Source: an uncultured candidate division Zixibacteria bacterium (GTDB taxonomy: Bacteria > Zixibacteria > MSB-5A5 > RBG-16-43-9). Taken from it: 64,000 nucleotides of DNA. The notes below the pieces were generated by a model that did no database searches, was not told where the DNA came from, and saw only the letters and a list, made by a program, of their open reading frames with translations. Both the position numbers and the translations under genes were made by a program. How positions within the stretch are numbered: position 1 is the stretch's first letter; the number at the start of each line of letters is the position of its first letter. The stretch lies in NCBI GenBank assembly GCA_963713865.1, contig OY970208.1, forward strand, positions 2,368,001-2,432,000, written 5' to 3'. This document shows, piece by piece, positions 1 to 10,271 of this stretch.

Positions 1-132
1 GGTTTGGAGGAGACCAATCTGGTTCTGGGCTTTCCTGAGTTTAGCCGCAGAGATTAACTCCATTGCCCTGGTAAGCTGCATGGTGCTGGAAACTGTTCTT
101 ATCCTGCGTCTTAATATTTTTAAAGATTCCAT
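1..132 (-). CDS. atpG: ATP synthase F1 gamma subunit, N-terminal fragment (runs off the left edge)
   Basis: Hand translation from ATG at 132: MESLKILRRRIRTVSSTMQLTRAMELISAAKLRKAQ, a typical gamma N-terminus, directly after atpA. Confidence 0.93.
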   Translation of the reverse strand, partial: MESLKILRRRIRTVSSTMQLTRAMELISAAKLRKAQNQIGLLQT

Positions 133-156
133 ATTCTAAATCGAATAACTACTTTA

Positions 157-211
157 GTAAACCTGAAGGTTTACATTCCAGAGATTTGGGTTCGATAAAT
201 CAAACCCCTAC
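157..211. repeat. Two REP-like palindromes between atpA and atpG
   Basis: gtaaacctgaaggtttac (also ~30300, ~32585) and gggttcgataaatcaaacccctac (similar copy ~6631). Confidence 0.75.
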
Positions 212-213
212 GT

Positions 214-1729
214 TTAGCTTTTAGCTAAAAACTCCTGTTTGAACTTCTGGATTGCTTCATTTAGTTTTTTCTCAGTTGTTTCATCTAAAACTTTAGTCTG
301 AGATATAGAATGTCTTACATCTGGATACTGGGATTCCATAAATTTATGAAATTCAGCTTCAAAGCTTTTTACCTGCTTCAATTTTAGATCATCTAAATAT
401 CCATGGGTAGCAACATAGATAATCATTACCTGTTTTTCTAAAGGCATAGGCTCGAACTGGACCTGTTTCAAAATCTCAACTGTCTTTTCTCCCCGATTTA
501 ACTGGGATCTGGTGGCCTCGTCTAATTCTGAGCCAAACTGGGCAAAAGCAGCTAACTCCCGGTATTGAGCTAAATCCAGCCTGAGCTTACCTGCTACTTT
601 TTTCATAGCTTTAGTCTGGGCATTACCTCCTACCCTGGAAACAGAGATGCCTACATTGATTGCAGGCCTGACACCAGCATAGAAAAGGTCTGCTTCCAGA
701 TAAATCTGTCCATCAGTGATGGAGATGACATTTGTGGGTATATATGCAGATACATCTCCAGCCTGGGTCTCGATTATCGGCAAGGCAGTTAGAGAGCCAC
801 CCCCTAAATCGTCCCTTAATTTGGCGGCTCTTTCCAAGAGTCGTGAATGTAGATAGAAAATATCGCCTGGATAGGCTTCCCGGGCCTGGAGGTCTTCTTA
901 AAAGCAAAGAGAGCTGTCTGTAGGCTTGAGCATGTTTGGAAAGGTCATCATATATTACCACCACATGTTTTTTATTATATAGAAACTCCTCACCCATAGC
1001 GCAACCAGCATAGGGGGCGATATATTGTAAAGGAGCTGGATCTGCAGCAGGAGCAGCTACTACTGTAGTATATTCCATGGCTTTATAATCCTCAAAGATC
1101 TTCACCACTTGAGCTATGGTTGAATCCTTTTGTCCAACAGCCACATAAATACAATAAATGTCAGAATCCTTTTGATTGATTATAGTATCTAAAGCCAGAG
1201 CAGTTTTTCCAGTTTGACGATCACCAATTATCAATTCTCTCTGGCCACGCCCGATTGGAATCATAGAATCAATTGCTTTCAATCCAGTTTGGACCGGCTC
1301 TTTGACCGGCTGTCTCTGCACTACATTTGGGGCTCTTCCTTCGATGGGACGATATTTATCTGTAACGATAGGACCTTTACCATCCAAAGGTTGTCCCAGG
1401 GCATTGACTACTCTTCCAATTAAAGCATCACCTACCGGGACTGAGGCGATCCTGCCAGTTCTTTTTACAATATCTCCTTCTTTTATCTTCTGGTCTGAGC
1501 CAAAAAGGGCGGCTCCTACATTGTCTTCTTCTAAGTTAAGGATTACTCCAATTATATCATTCGGGAACTGGATTAACTCGCTCATCATCGCATCTTCCAG
1601 TCCCCAGATCCGGGCGATACCATCTCCAACCTGGAGAACAACCCCGACGCTTTCCATTTCTAACCTGGTCTTGTATTTCTCTATCTCTTTTTGAATTATC
1701 TGACTGACCTCTTCGGGTCTTAAAGGCAT
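214..1729 (-). CDS. atpA: ATP synthase F1 alpha subunit, split by an apparent +1 frameshift at ~882-884
   Basis: ORF 713..1729 has GDRQTGKT and ORF 214..837 has the alpha C-terminus; removing one G from 882-884 restores [26 protein letters not shown]. Confidence 0.95.
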
Positions 1730-1762
1730 AATTATTACCTCGCTATTCGCTTTTCGATTTTT

Positions 1763-2308
1763 TTAAACTTTCAGGCTTAGAAGCCTTTCTTTTAGTTTGT
1801 CCAGCTCGGTTCTGATGCTGTGGTCGATTATCTGATTACCGATTATCACCCTGATCCCGCCAATTAATCCTGGATCGATTTTCAAGATCAGACTCACTTT
1901 TTTACCGGCTTTTTTCTCCAGGATTTCCTTTAAGGGAAAAGAAAGTTTTTCATCTAAGCTCAGAACAGTGATAACCTGAGCTTCAACCAGCCCTTCCTTT
2001 TCTTTCAAAAGTTTGTCGTACCGGGTATTTATTCCAGAAATATGCTGCAGTCTGCCTTTATTTAAAAGGAAAAGCAGGAACTGCAAAAGGAGCTCGGAGA
2101 TTCTTCCTCTAAAACTTTCTTGTAGCATTTTTCCCTTCTCTTCATGGGAAATCTGAGGAGCTTCCAGAAAAGCCCTTAGCTCTGCGTTTTTCTCCCAGAA
2201 TTCAGAGATTAGAGACAGATTTTCTTGAATTTCCCGGGTTAAGTTAGCAGATCCAGCTGCATTGAAAAGGGCAAGGGTATACCTTTTGATTACTATCTGG
2301 TCGGTCAT
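1763..2308 (-). CDS. atpH: ATP synthase F1 delta subunit
   Basis: RY..ALF N-terminus, IDPGLIGGI..IG...ID.S C-terminus; operon position. Confidence 0.93.
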   Translation of the reverse strand: MTDQIVIKRYTLALFNAAGSANLTREIQENLSLISEFWEKNAELRAFLEAPQISHEEKGKMLQESFRGRISELLLQFLLFLLNKGRLQHISGINTRYDKLLKEKEGLVEAQVITVLSLDEKLSFPLKEILEKKAGKKVSLILKIDPGLIGGIRVIIGNQIIDHSIRTELDKLKERLLSLKV

Positions 2309-2790
2309 TCTATTTTCTCCAGCCCCTGAATGAAATCAGAGATAAACTTTCTATCTTTCTCTTCATCCAGTTTCTCCTGGATGATCTTCTCTGCTGCCCG
2401 GAGGCTTAGATCCACTAATTCATTTTTAAGCTGAACTTTTGCCTTTTCAAGTTCCCTCTGAATTTCCTCTTTTGAACGATTCATAATCTCCAGCGCATCT
2501 TTTCGGGCACTCTCTTTTATCTGGCTTGCCATCTGCTGACCTTCTTTTGCCGCCTCTAAAATCTTCTGCCGTGCCAATCCTTCGATATCTTTAAGCTTGG
2601 CTTCATAATCGGAGGAGAGCCCTTTTACAATATTTTTTTCCTCATCGATCTTATCGTATTCTGATTTTATTTTAGACCGACGTTCCTCCAAAATACCCAA
2701 GAGAGGCTTCCAGGCAAATTTCTTGAGGATAAAAAGGGCTAAAAGAAAACCGATAATCTGGGTGATAACCTGTCCGAATTCTAAATTCAT
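2305..2790 (-). CDS. atpF: ATP synthase F0 subunit b
   Basis: N-terminal TM, KFAWKPLLGILEER, long coiled coil. Confidence 0.93.
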   Translation of the reverse strand: MNLEFGQVITQIIGFLLALFILKKFAWKPLLGILEERRSKIKSEYDKIDEEKNIVKGLSSDYEAKLKDIEGLARQKILEAAKEGQQMASQIKESARKDALEIMNRSKEEIQRELEKAKVQLKNELVDLSLRAAEKIIQEKLDEEKDRKFISDFIQGLEKIE

Positions 2791-2905
2791 TTAGATACCT
2801 CTTAGATAAAAAGGGATGGATATCTTAATCATCTTTTCCCCAAAGAAGGAGAACCTATTTGTTAAGGTTATCCTTGGCGACCCTAAAAGGGTCGTACCAT
2901 TTTTT

Positions 2906-3139
2906 TTAACCTATCTTGCCAGATAAGACGAAAACTGTAACTAGGGCATAAATGGTTAGAGCTTCCAAAAGTGCACAGCCGATGATCATTCCTACCTGGA
3001 TTTTTCCCGCGGCTTCAGGCTGTCTTCCCATTGCCTCCATAGCGGCTGAGACGGCTCTACCCAGACCTATAGCAGAACCAAAAGCTGCCAAGGCTAATCC
3101 AAAGGGTAAAGCCAAGGCTAATGCAGTCTGATAAGTCAT
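2906..3139 (-). CDS. atpE: ATP synthase F0 subunit c (probably H+-type)
   Basis: Two TM hairpin, RQPE loop, ion-binding Glu in LEALTIY; the Gln/Ser Na+ ligands are absent. Confidence 0.95.
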   Translation of the reverse strand: MTYQTALALALPFGLALAAFGSAIGLGRAVSAAMEAMGRQPEAAGKIQVGMIIGCALLEALTIYALVTVFVLSGKIG

Positions 3140-3179
3140 ATTTTTCCTCCTTCATTTAAGAAAAGTTATAGGTTATTAA

Positions 3180-4016
3180 TTAATGATTTTCCTCCTCGTA
3201 TGGCATCATTAGTAAAAAGTATATTGTCGACAGCAGGGTAAACACCAGAGCTTGTATAGTCCCAGTAAGCAAAGCTAAGAAGATAAAAGGGACCTGTAAA
3301 GGCAAACCGATGGGTAGATTTAAAAAGCTCAAAGCTAAAACTCCCAGGCTCACGAAAACAGCTATCAGAATATCCTCCCCGGTGATATTTCCAAAAAGTC
3401 GCAAAGAAAGGCTCATCGGTTTTGCCAGCTCTCCAATGATATGAATTGGCAGGTTTATGGGAACCAGAACCCAGGTGATAAAATCACGGGGACTACCAGC
3501 TAAATGGTCTATATACCCCAGAAGCCCCAGGTTTTTAATCCCGGTGAATTGAACATAGATAAACACGCAGACAGCTAAGGCGACTGTGGTATTCAGAGAA
3601 GATGATGGAGACTTCATCCCAGGGATCAAGCCCAAGAAATTCATACATAGAATATATATGAAAAGAGTACCCAGGAACGGAGTGAACTTTCTTCCTCCCG
3701 GACCCAAAATTCCGCAGATGAAGTTGTCTAAACTTTCAACTGCCATTTCCATTAAGTTCTGTAACTTACCAGGATGAAGCGCTTTTTTCCTTGAGGAGAA
3801 ATAAAACAAAAGTCCCAGGATCAAAATGATTATGAGGGAAAAGACCACATTCTCCCATATATGCAGGAAATGGACAAAGGCGATTTTGCCGTATTTTGCA
3901 TAAAGTAGAGTTATGAAATTAGGCAGTTCTGGCGCACCTTCAGAAGATGCTTCTTTACCAGCATGTTTTACTGTGGTCTCGACTAAAAAAAGAAATCTAT
4001 TTAAAATATAAAACAT
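3180..4016 (-). CDS. atpB: ATP synthase F0 subunit a
   Basis: SLSLRLFGN and IQALVFTLLS motifs. Confidence 0.95.
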   Translation of the reverse strand: MFYILNRFLFLVETTVKHAGKEASSEGAPELPNFITLLYAKYGKIAFVHFLHIWENVVFSLIIILILGLLFYFSSRKKALHPGKLQNLMEMAVESLDNFICGILGPGGRKFTPFLGTLFIYILCMNFLGLIPGMKSPSSSLNTTVALAVCVFIYVQFTGIKNLGLLGYIDHLAGSPRDFITWVLVPINLPIHIIGELAKPMSLSLRLFGNITGEDILIAVFVSLGVLALSFLNLPIGLPLQVPFIFLALLTGTIQALVFTLLSTIYFLLMMPYEEENH

Positions 4017-4023
4017 AATTTAT

Positions 4024-4446
4024 TTACTTTTTAATCTTATTATTTGAGTTGGAAGATAAAAGTTTTTTATCTTCTTCCTTAGAGATTCCGGAAAGCACCA
4101 CTCTACCTAAAGCTTTTAAAAAAGTAACTGCAAAGATCAAGGTAAATCCGACAAGTAGGCTTTCTACAGGGAAATATTTAAGCCAGAGGAGTATATATCC
4201 GGTGAAATAAAGCAAGGGAAATTTGACTAACAGGATCAGGACCAGTTTGCTTTTGTTTGGTTTTTTCAAACTAAAAGCCTCAGTTATCAATTGAGTAATG
4301 AAAAAAAGGTTCAGACAGCCCCAGACTGTTCCTAGGAATAGACCCAAACCAAAAGGGAAACTATAATATACCCCGACAAAGAAAAAAGATAGGGCGGAAA
4401 CTATCAAAGAAGTTCGGATTATCCTGTATATAAATTCTATACCCAT
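4024..4446 (-). CDS. atpI: ATP synthase protein I (4 TM)
   Basis: Hydrophobic 140 aa protein directly upstream of atpB. Confidence 0.75.
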   Translation of the reverse strand: MGIEFIYRIIRTSLIVSALSFFFVGVYYSFPFGLGLFLGTVWGCLNLFFITQLITEAFSLKKPNKSKLVLILLVKFPLLYFTGYILLWLKYFPVESLLVGFTLIFAVTFLKALGRVVLSGISKEEDKKLLSSNSNNKIKK

Positions 4447-4450
4447 AATC

Positions 4451-4702
4451 TCAATTTTTCAAATTGTGATCTTTATCCATTTCCTTCATAGCCTTTTTAG
4501 TTAGGTTGTAGACCTCCTTGCCTGAAGCGATACAACCGAATATCAAAAATAAAATCATTAAATAAGGCTCAGTATGAAGTTTTCTATCCAAGAATTTGCC
4601 TATGAGAAGTCCGATTATTGGCCCGGCAGCTAAGACTATAGGGATAACCGTATAAATCCCTGCCTGCCTTAGATAAGAGTAATACTCATCTTTCTTTTCC
4701 AT
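4451..4702 (-). CDS. AtpZ/AtpI-family (ATPase gene 1) membrane protein
   Basis: G..IG..LD....T.P...I.....G pattern; first gene of the atp operon. Confidence 0.8.
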   Translation of the reverse strand: MEKKDEYYSYLRQAGIYTVIPIVLAAGPIIGLLIGKFLDRKLHTEPYLMILFLIFGCIASGKEVYNLTKKAMKEMDKDHNLKN

Positions 4703-4738
4703 TTCGATCTTTTAACCTGCATAGTCTTAAAAATAAAC

Positions 4739-4766
4739 ATTATATATACCAAACTAAAAAAGTCAA
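4739..4766 (-). promoter_or_regulatory. sigma70-type promoter of the atp operon
   Basis: Minus strand TTGACT-16 nt-TATAAT, ~37 nt upstream of the first gene. Confidence 0.55.
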
Positions 4767-4984
4767 GAATTTTTAAAAATATGTAGCGGTGGTCTTCAGA
4801 CCTCTATATATTAAAATGATTGCAATGGTTTACTGTTTGCTGGTCTCCTGAGCAACAAACATATCTTCGTTGGTGAGGATACCAATCCTACGGACCCCTG
4901 ATTTTGGGTCTGGATGAAAAATTCGGACGAAGAACGGTTGTAAGGGTAGATGGGGCAGAGCCTGAGTTGCCCCTACTATAAAAA

Positions 4985-6437
4985 ATGAAAAAGTCCAACA
5001 GATATCTGCATTACTTTCTTATAACCATAGCTGGCATCTTAATCTTTTTACCAGGTATTTTCTCCTTTTTCAATTCGGATGATTTTGTTCTGGCTAAAAA
5101 ATTCGCAAAAAATAAGTTTTAATACGATATCATCTTTGGCATCAAATTATGACTCGGTTATTAAGTTCAGACCTTTAGTCCATTTTTTCTTCCAGCTTAT
5201 TTATTCTTTCTCCGCATTAAACCCTTTAGGTTATCATCTGACTGGATTAATTTTCCATTTGTTAAACGCCCTTATTTTCTATACTCTGCTCTTGAAATTT
5301 ACCTCCCGTAATCAACTCTCGTTTATCTCTGCATTGATCTTCGTTTCCGGTTTTGCACAGGAAGAAGCTCTTTTCTGGATCTCTGCCATTTCCAGTCTAT
5401 TGGTTACTTTCTTTTACCTCTGTTCAGTCTGGTCTTTCTGGACCTATCTGGAGAATAAAAAGATTGGATTTTATATTATTTCCTTTTTATTATCTGTTTT
5501 AGCTTTACTTTCTAAAGAGGATGGGGTTACTATTTTCTTGGCATTGTTTTTATTGGTTTACTTCAAAACTTCAGGGGAGGTTTTATTTAAACTCAAGCAA
5601 GGTTTCAAGTATGCTTTGCCCTTTTTAGGATTGTCCATTTTATACTCCATGACAAGATATTTGACTGTGCCGGATAATATCATGTCTAAGTTTTTAACTT
5701 TTAATCCGGTGGTAATAATTAAGAACATCTGTTATTTTGGAATAAGCTTACTTTTTCCGGTAAGATTTTTCTTTGACTTAGTTGGCTTTCAGGTGCATTC
5801 CTATTTGAATAATATAATTCAATTAAGATTAGATAATTTCTGGGTGATATCGATTTTGATAATAATAAGTTTGATTTTCCTTTTATCATTTCTCTATTTT
5901 AGGAGAAAGAGAATTTCTGGCTTTAAGTTGGGATTGGTTTTGTTTGTTCTGGGGATTCTGCCTTATCTTCCGGTTAACGGAAATGGGCAACGCTTTCTTT
6001 ATTTTCCTTCTTTGGGATTCTCCATGATCTTGGCGAGTTTGCTCCTTTATATTTCAAACAAAGTAAAGAAGATCAAAGTGTTAAATCTGGTAGTCGTGCT
6101 TATCATGATTTTTAATGGGGCAATTCTTTATGAGCGAAGTAGCTGGTGGAGAAAAGCTGGAAGAGTCTGCCAGGAGATTGTTGATAAGGCGGGAAAGATA
6201 GTTTCGTCTGCTCCTGAGAGTTCAAAAATTTATTTTGCTAACCTCCCCCAAAGGATAAATGGAGCCTATACCTTTCATACTGGTTTTGAAGAAGCAATTC
6301 ATCTTTTTTATCCTGAACATAAAGTAAAGGTTTATGATCTGGGACAGTTTAAAGAAGATGAACTTGAAGTTGTGAGGAATAGTTTTAAGGATAACATTTA
6401 TATTTTTAAGAAAGGAGAGTTTGAGAGGGTATTTTAA
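4985..6437 (+). CDS. Polytopic membrane protein of GT-C (ArnT/PMT-like) type; apparent +1 frameshift at ~5083-5087
   Basis: ATG 4985 gives MKKSNRYLHY...SFFNSDD, which joins ORF 5079..6437 (FRPL, GYHL, ALLSKE, QRFLYFP motifs) if one base is removed. Confidence 0.7.
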
Positions 6438-6442
6438 TTATA

Positions 6443-6840
6443 GAGCCAGGTTTAAAACCTGCCCTTACAAGTTTTTCCCCCGTCTGGTGGCGACTGGGTC
6501 AGAGTGCCATCCCCAAACTTGTTAGGGATGTTATAAATTTAAACACCCTCAAACGAGTTTGAGGGTACCACCCACCTCATTCCATTTCCCGTCTCCTGTC
6601 AGGAGAGTTAGGGGTATAGTCATATTACTTCGGGTTCGATAAATCGAACCACTACAGAAATCGTAACGCACGACCTTCGTGTCGTGCGTCCTTTATTCGT
6701 CCTATAGAAATGTCGGACATTGCAAGTTTTGCCAAAAACAAAAATGGAAGGCTAAAAGCCTTCTGCTATAAAAAAACATCTGGGATAAACCCAGACGCTA
6801 CTGAATCTCCGTGGTCACGATACACGAATCACGGCCACGT
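6443..6840. repeat. Cluster of REP-like palindromes between convergent genes
   Basis: Hairpins such as catccccaaacttgttagggatg, ccctcaaacgagtttgaggg, ggttcgataaatcgaacc, gaaggctaaaagccttc, tctgggataaacccaga-cgctac. Confidence 0.7.
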
Positions 6841-6851
6841 TTTTTTAATCT

Positions 6852-8546
6852 TTAAACCGTAGTCTCAGCAATAACCTCCTCTACAGTAGTAATCCCTTTT
6901 TTTATTTTTTCTATAGCCGCCATCCTCAGAGTCAACATACCATTAGTGACAGCATATTCCTTTATATCCTGACTGGATTTACCCTCCATAATCATCTTCT
7001 CAATCTCCGGGGTTATGGGCATAATTTCAAACAGACCGGTTCTGCCGGAAAAACCGGTATTATTACATTCCTGACAACCCTTACCCTGATAAACCTTGAA
7101 ATCTTTAATCTCGTTCTCCGGAACACCTAATCTCAAAAGTGCTTCCGGCTTCACTTTAACTTCATCTTTGCAAAAATTGCAGATCTTTCTTACCATTCTC
7201 TGAGCCATTATTAATCTTACGGCTGAAGCCACCAGATAACCGGGCACTCCTATGTCTACCAGCCGGTTGATGGTACTCGCCGCATCATTCGTATGCACCG
7301 TAGAGAAAACTAAATGTCCGGTTAAAGCGGCTCGAATAGCTATATCGGCTGTTTCCCCGTCTCTTATCTCTCCCACCATGATAACATCCGGGTCCTGGCG
7401 TAGAAAGGACCTTAAACAGGTGGCAAAGGTAAAACCTATCTCGCTCTTTACCTGCACTTGATTTATCCCATCAAAATTGAACTCAACTGGATCTTCAGCC
7501 GTCATTATATTTATATCCGGTTCATTAATCTGTTTTAAAGCCGAATACAGAGTGGTGGTTTTACCGCTTCCCGTGGGACCGGTTACTAAAACCATTCCGT
7601 AAGGTAACTTGATCGCTTCTGCAAATTGTTTTAATCCCTTTTCCGGAAATCCAAGTTTAGTCAGATCCACCATCAAGCTTCTCGGATCCAGAATACGCAT
7701 AACCACTTTCTCTCCGAAGATAGTTGGCAGAACTGATACTCGAATATCCACTGCCCGGTCTCCTATCTTGACTTTGATCCTTCCATCCTGTGGCAGTCTT
7801 CTCTCTGAAATATCCAAATCTGCCATAATTTTTACCCTGGAGACAATAGCCGGTCGATATTTGAAAGGTAAAGGTGACATCTCCTGCAGGTTACCGTCGA
7901 GTCGGTATCTTACCCTGATCCTTTTTTCGTAGCTCTCAATATGAATATCTGAAGCACCTCTTTTGATGGCATCAGAGATAATTCCATCTACTAATTTAAC
8001 TAATGGTTTATCCTGAACTGCTGAGCGCAGGTCCTGTTCAGTGGGAACCTCTTCGGAAGCTTCGATGACCTCCAGATCCTCATCTTTCATCCCTTTGAGG
8101 ATCTCGTCTATACCGGAACTTTCCTGATAGTAGGCATCGATAGCTTTCTGGATAGCTTTTTCCGGGCTGATGACTGGCTGAATAGAACACCCGGTGATGA
8201 ATTTTACTGCATCTAATACATAGATATTATTGGGATCCGAGATGGCTACAATTAAGGTGCGGCCTAATTTGCTTACCGCAATGACGTTGAATTTCCTGGC
8301 TATATCTGCAGGTATAAGCTTGACCACCTCAGGGTTAAGCTCTATATCCGAAAGCCTTAAAGCTCCTATGTTAAGCTGTCTCCCGATAAATTCAGAGAGC
8401 TCCTCTTCATCCTGGATAGCTCCCATCTTTAACAGGACCTGCCCTAACTTGGCTTCTCCTTTTTTCTGCAGCTCTAAAGCTTTTTCGAGCTGTTCCTGAC
8501 TGATCTTACCAGCCTTGACCAGCATTTCCCCTAATTCCACAGACAT
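6852..8546 (-). CDS. pilB: Type IV pilus extension ATPase PilB (GspE/PulE family) with N-terminal MshEN-like domain
   Basis: GPTGSGKT, AEDPVE, LRQDPDVIMVGEIRD, GHLVFSTVHTN, CxxC...CxxC zinc motif. Confidence 0.93.
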   Translation of the reverse strand: MSVELGEMLVKAGKISQEQLEKALELQKKGEAKLGQVLLKMGAIQDEEELSEFIGRQLNIGALRLSDIELNPEVVKLIPADIARKFNVIAVSKLGRTLIVAISDPNNIYVLDAVKFITGCSIQPVISPEKAIQKAIDAYYQESSGIDEILKGMKDEDLEVIEASEEVPTEQDLRSAVQDKPLVKLVDGIISDAIKRGASDIHIESYEKRIRVRYRLDGNLQEMSPLPFKYRPAIVSRVKIMADLDISERRLPQDGRIKVKIGDRAVDIRVSVLPTIFGEKVVMRILDPRSLMVDLTKLGFPEKGLKQFAEAIKLPYGMVLVTGPTGSGKTTTLYSALKQINEPDINIMTAEDPVEFNFDGINQVQVKSEIGFTFATCLRSFLRQDPDVIMVGEIRDGETADIAIRAALTGHLVFSTVHTNDAASTINRLVDIGVPGYLVASAVRLIMAQRMVRKICNFCKDEVKVKPEALLRLGVPENEIKDFKVYQGKGCQECNNTGFSGRTGLFEIMPITPEIEKMIMEGKSSQDIKEYAVTNGMLTLRMAAIEKIKKGITTVEEVIAETTV

Positions 8547-8629
8547 ACTTCCTGCCCTATCCTACGGATCAGTTTCTCTGAAAGATGGTGAAGCTAAGGC
8601 TAACCCGAATCAGAATCTTAAGGTCAGTT

Positions 8630-9118
8630 CTAATCCTTAAAAATATCATTAAGTCTGTCTTCAGCTGACGCGGTGAACCCGGAATCGATTGCCGGCTCGC
8701 TTTTCTTTTTCTCTTTATGAGCCTGCTCTAAAATCGAAGCCAATTCTTCACCGCACTCCTTAGCATAAAGTCTGACCATACCTATGGTAGTGCGATCATC
8801 GAATATAACCACCAGTATCGATCTTTCACCTACCAAAGTGATATGAATATGGTCCCTTTTTCCCTGATGGAAAAGAACTGAAAATTCTGGCTCACCAACC
8901 AGTCGAGCGATTTCCCGCGTAGAGGCAAAACTTCCTGCCAGAAGAGCTGCCAGAGCAGTTGTATCCAGGGAATGGGTAAAACCCTGACGGGTTATCAGGT
9001 GTCCATCTTTATCCACCAAGAGGGCACACTTAGCTTCAGCCCCTTTGATCAGCTTGATCAAAGTCCGATCGATTTTCTCGATCTCCTCCTCATAGATAAT
9101 CAAGCTATCCTCCTGCAA
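8630..9118 (-). CDS. mglB: MglB roadblock/LC7 protein (GAP of MglA)
   Basis: IYEEE...LVDKDGHLI...DTTALAALLAG...VIFDDRTTIGMVRL plus a C-terminal acidic helix, resembling Myxococcus MglB; adjacent to mglA. Confidence 0.88.
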   Translation of the reverse strand: MQEDSLIIYEEEIEKIDRTLIKLIKGAEAKCALLVDKDGHLITRQGFTHSLDTTALAALLAGSFASTREIARLVGEPEFSVLFHQGKRDHIHITLVGERSILVVIFDDRTTIGMVRLYAKECGEELASILEQAHKEKKKSEPAIDSGFTASAEDRLNDIFKD

Positions 9119-9121
9119 TTT

Positions 9122-10258
9122 TTACCTCCTATCTACTATTTTTCTTATCCATCTCCACCAGAATTTGCCCCAGATGGATTTAGTTCTCTTTTGTTTAAGC
9201 ATAGGAGAAGTGATAATTTTCTCCTGTAAAAGAGGTTTTACTTTTTCAGTTTTAGCTACTTCAGCCGGTTGTTCCAGCACTTCTTTCTCTAAAATCTTCT
9301 CAGTTTCAAGGGCTTCCTTTTCAATTTCGAATTGACCTGGGATTAAAGTTTTCTCTTCCTTTTCACCAACTTCTTCAACTTTCTCTATTCTTTCCTCCTC
9401 GATTTCTATGGTTTTTTCTACTTTCTCTATTCTCTCAACTTTCTCTTCTTTCTCCATTTTCTTTATTGGCTTCTCTTCTTCCATCTTCTTAACTGGCTCA
9501 TACTTCTCTACTGGTTTTTTTTCTAAAACTCCTCTATCCGGAATAATTCTGGAAACTGGCTCTATTTCTATTCTTTCTCTTTCAACTGGAGATGGAACAA
9601 AAAGTTTTGGCTGAGCAACAACTGTAACTTGTTCCTTTTTTACGGATACAAGTTCGGGTTTTTCCTCGGTCTCCGGTTTTCCTCTGGCTTTCTCCAGCAC
9701 TAAATTGCTGATCCCTTTAAGGGTATCGAAAACCCCTTCACCGGTTGACGCCACAGCTTCATAATAAGGTAGTCCTCTGGGGTTCAAAGCCTTCTCCAGC
9801 TCTTCAATAGTTGACACCTCATCTAAGTCTCTTTTATTATATTGCATGATCATCGGAAGCTCTTCTAAGACGTAACCGTACTCTTCCAGGTTCTCCACCA
9901 GATTATTCATGCTTTCGATGTTCTCCTCTAATTTAGCTACTTGCGAATCAGCCACAAAAACTAAACCATCAACTCCTCTTAATACTAACTTACGAGTAGC
10001 ATTATAATAAACCTGACCCGGTACCGTATATAGCTGAAATTTGGTCGAAAACCCCTGCACCGGCCCAATATCCAAAGGTAGAAAATCAAAATAAAGCGTT
10101 CGGTCCGCATCCGTAGCCAAAGAGATCAACTCCCCTTTGGTCTTGGGAGGGGCTTTTTTATGTATATAAATGAGGTTGGTGGTTTTACCACTCAACCCCG
10201 GTCCATAATAAACTATCTTACAGCAGATTTCTCTGAAAGCATAGTTGATCGAGACCAT
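9122..10258 (-). CDS. mglA: MglA small Ras-like GTPase with ~185 aa C-terminal extension
   Basis: KIVYYGPGLSGKTTN, DRTLYFDFLP, LYTVPGQ, QYNKRD, EAVA motifs. Confidence 0.92.
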   Translation of the reverse strand: MVSINYAFREICCKIVYYGPGLSGKTTNLIYIHKKAPPKTKGELISLATDADRTLYFDFLPLDIGPVQGFSTKFQLYTVPGQVYYNATRKLVLRGVDGLVFVADSQVAKLEENIESMNNLVENLEEYGYVLEELPMIMQYNKRDLDEVSTIEELEKALNPRGLPYYEAVASTGEGVFDTLKGISNLVLEKARGKPETEEKPELVSVKKEQVTVVAQPKLFVPSPVERERIEIEPVSRIIPDRGVLEKKPVEKYEPVKKMEEEKPIKKMEKEEKVERIEKVEKTIEIEEERIEKVEEVGEKEEKTLIPGQFEIEKEALETEKILEKEVLEQPAEVAKTEKVKPLLQEKIITSPMLKQKRTKSIWGKFWWRWIRKIVDRR

Positions 10259-10271
10259 GTTGCTCTATTCT

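Noticed and set aside
214-1729. atpA as a true pseudogene or programmed frameshift
   Set aside because: The rest of the operon is intact, there is no obvious slippery site, and similar +1 events occur in three unrelated genes
2906-3139. Na+-translocating ATP synthase
   Set aside because: The c subunit lacks the Gln and the Ser after the Glu that mark Na+ binding
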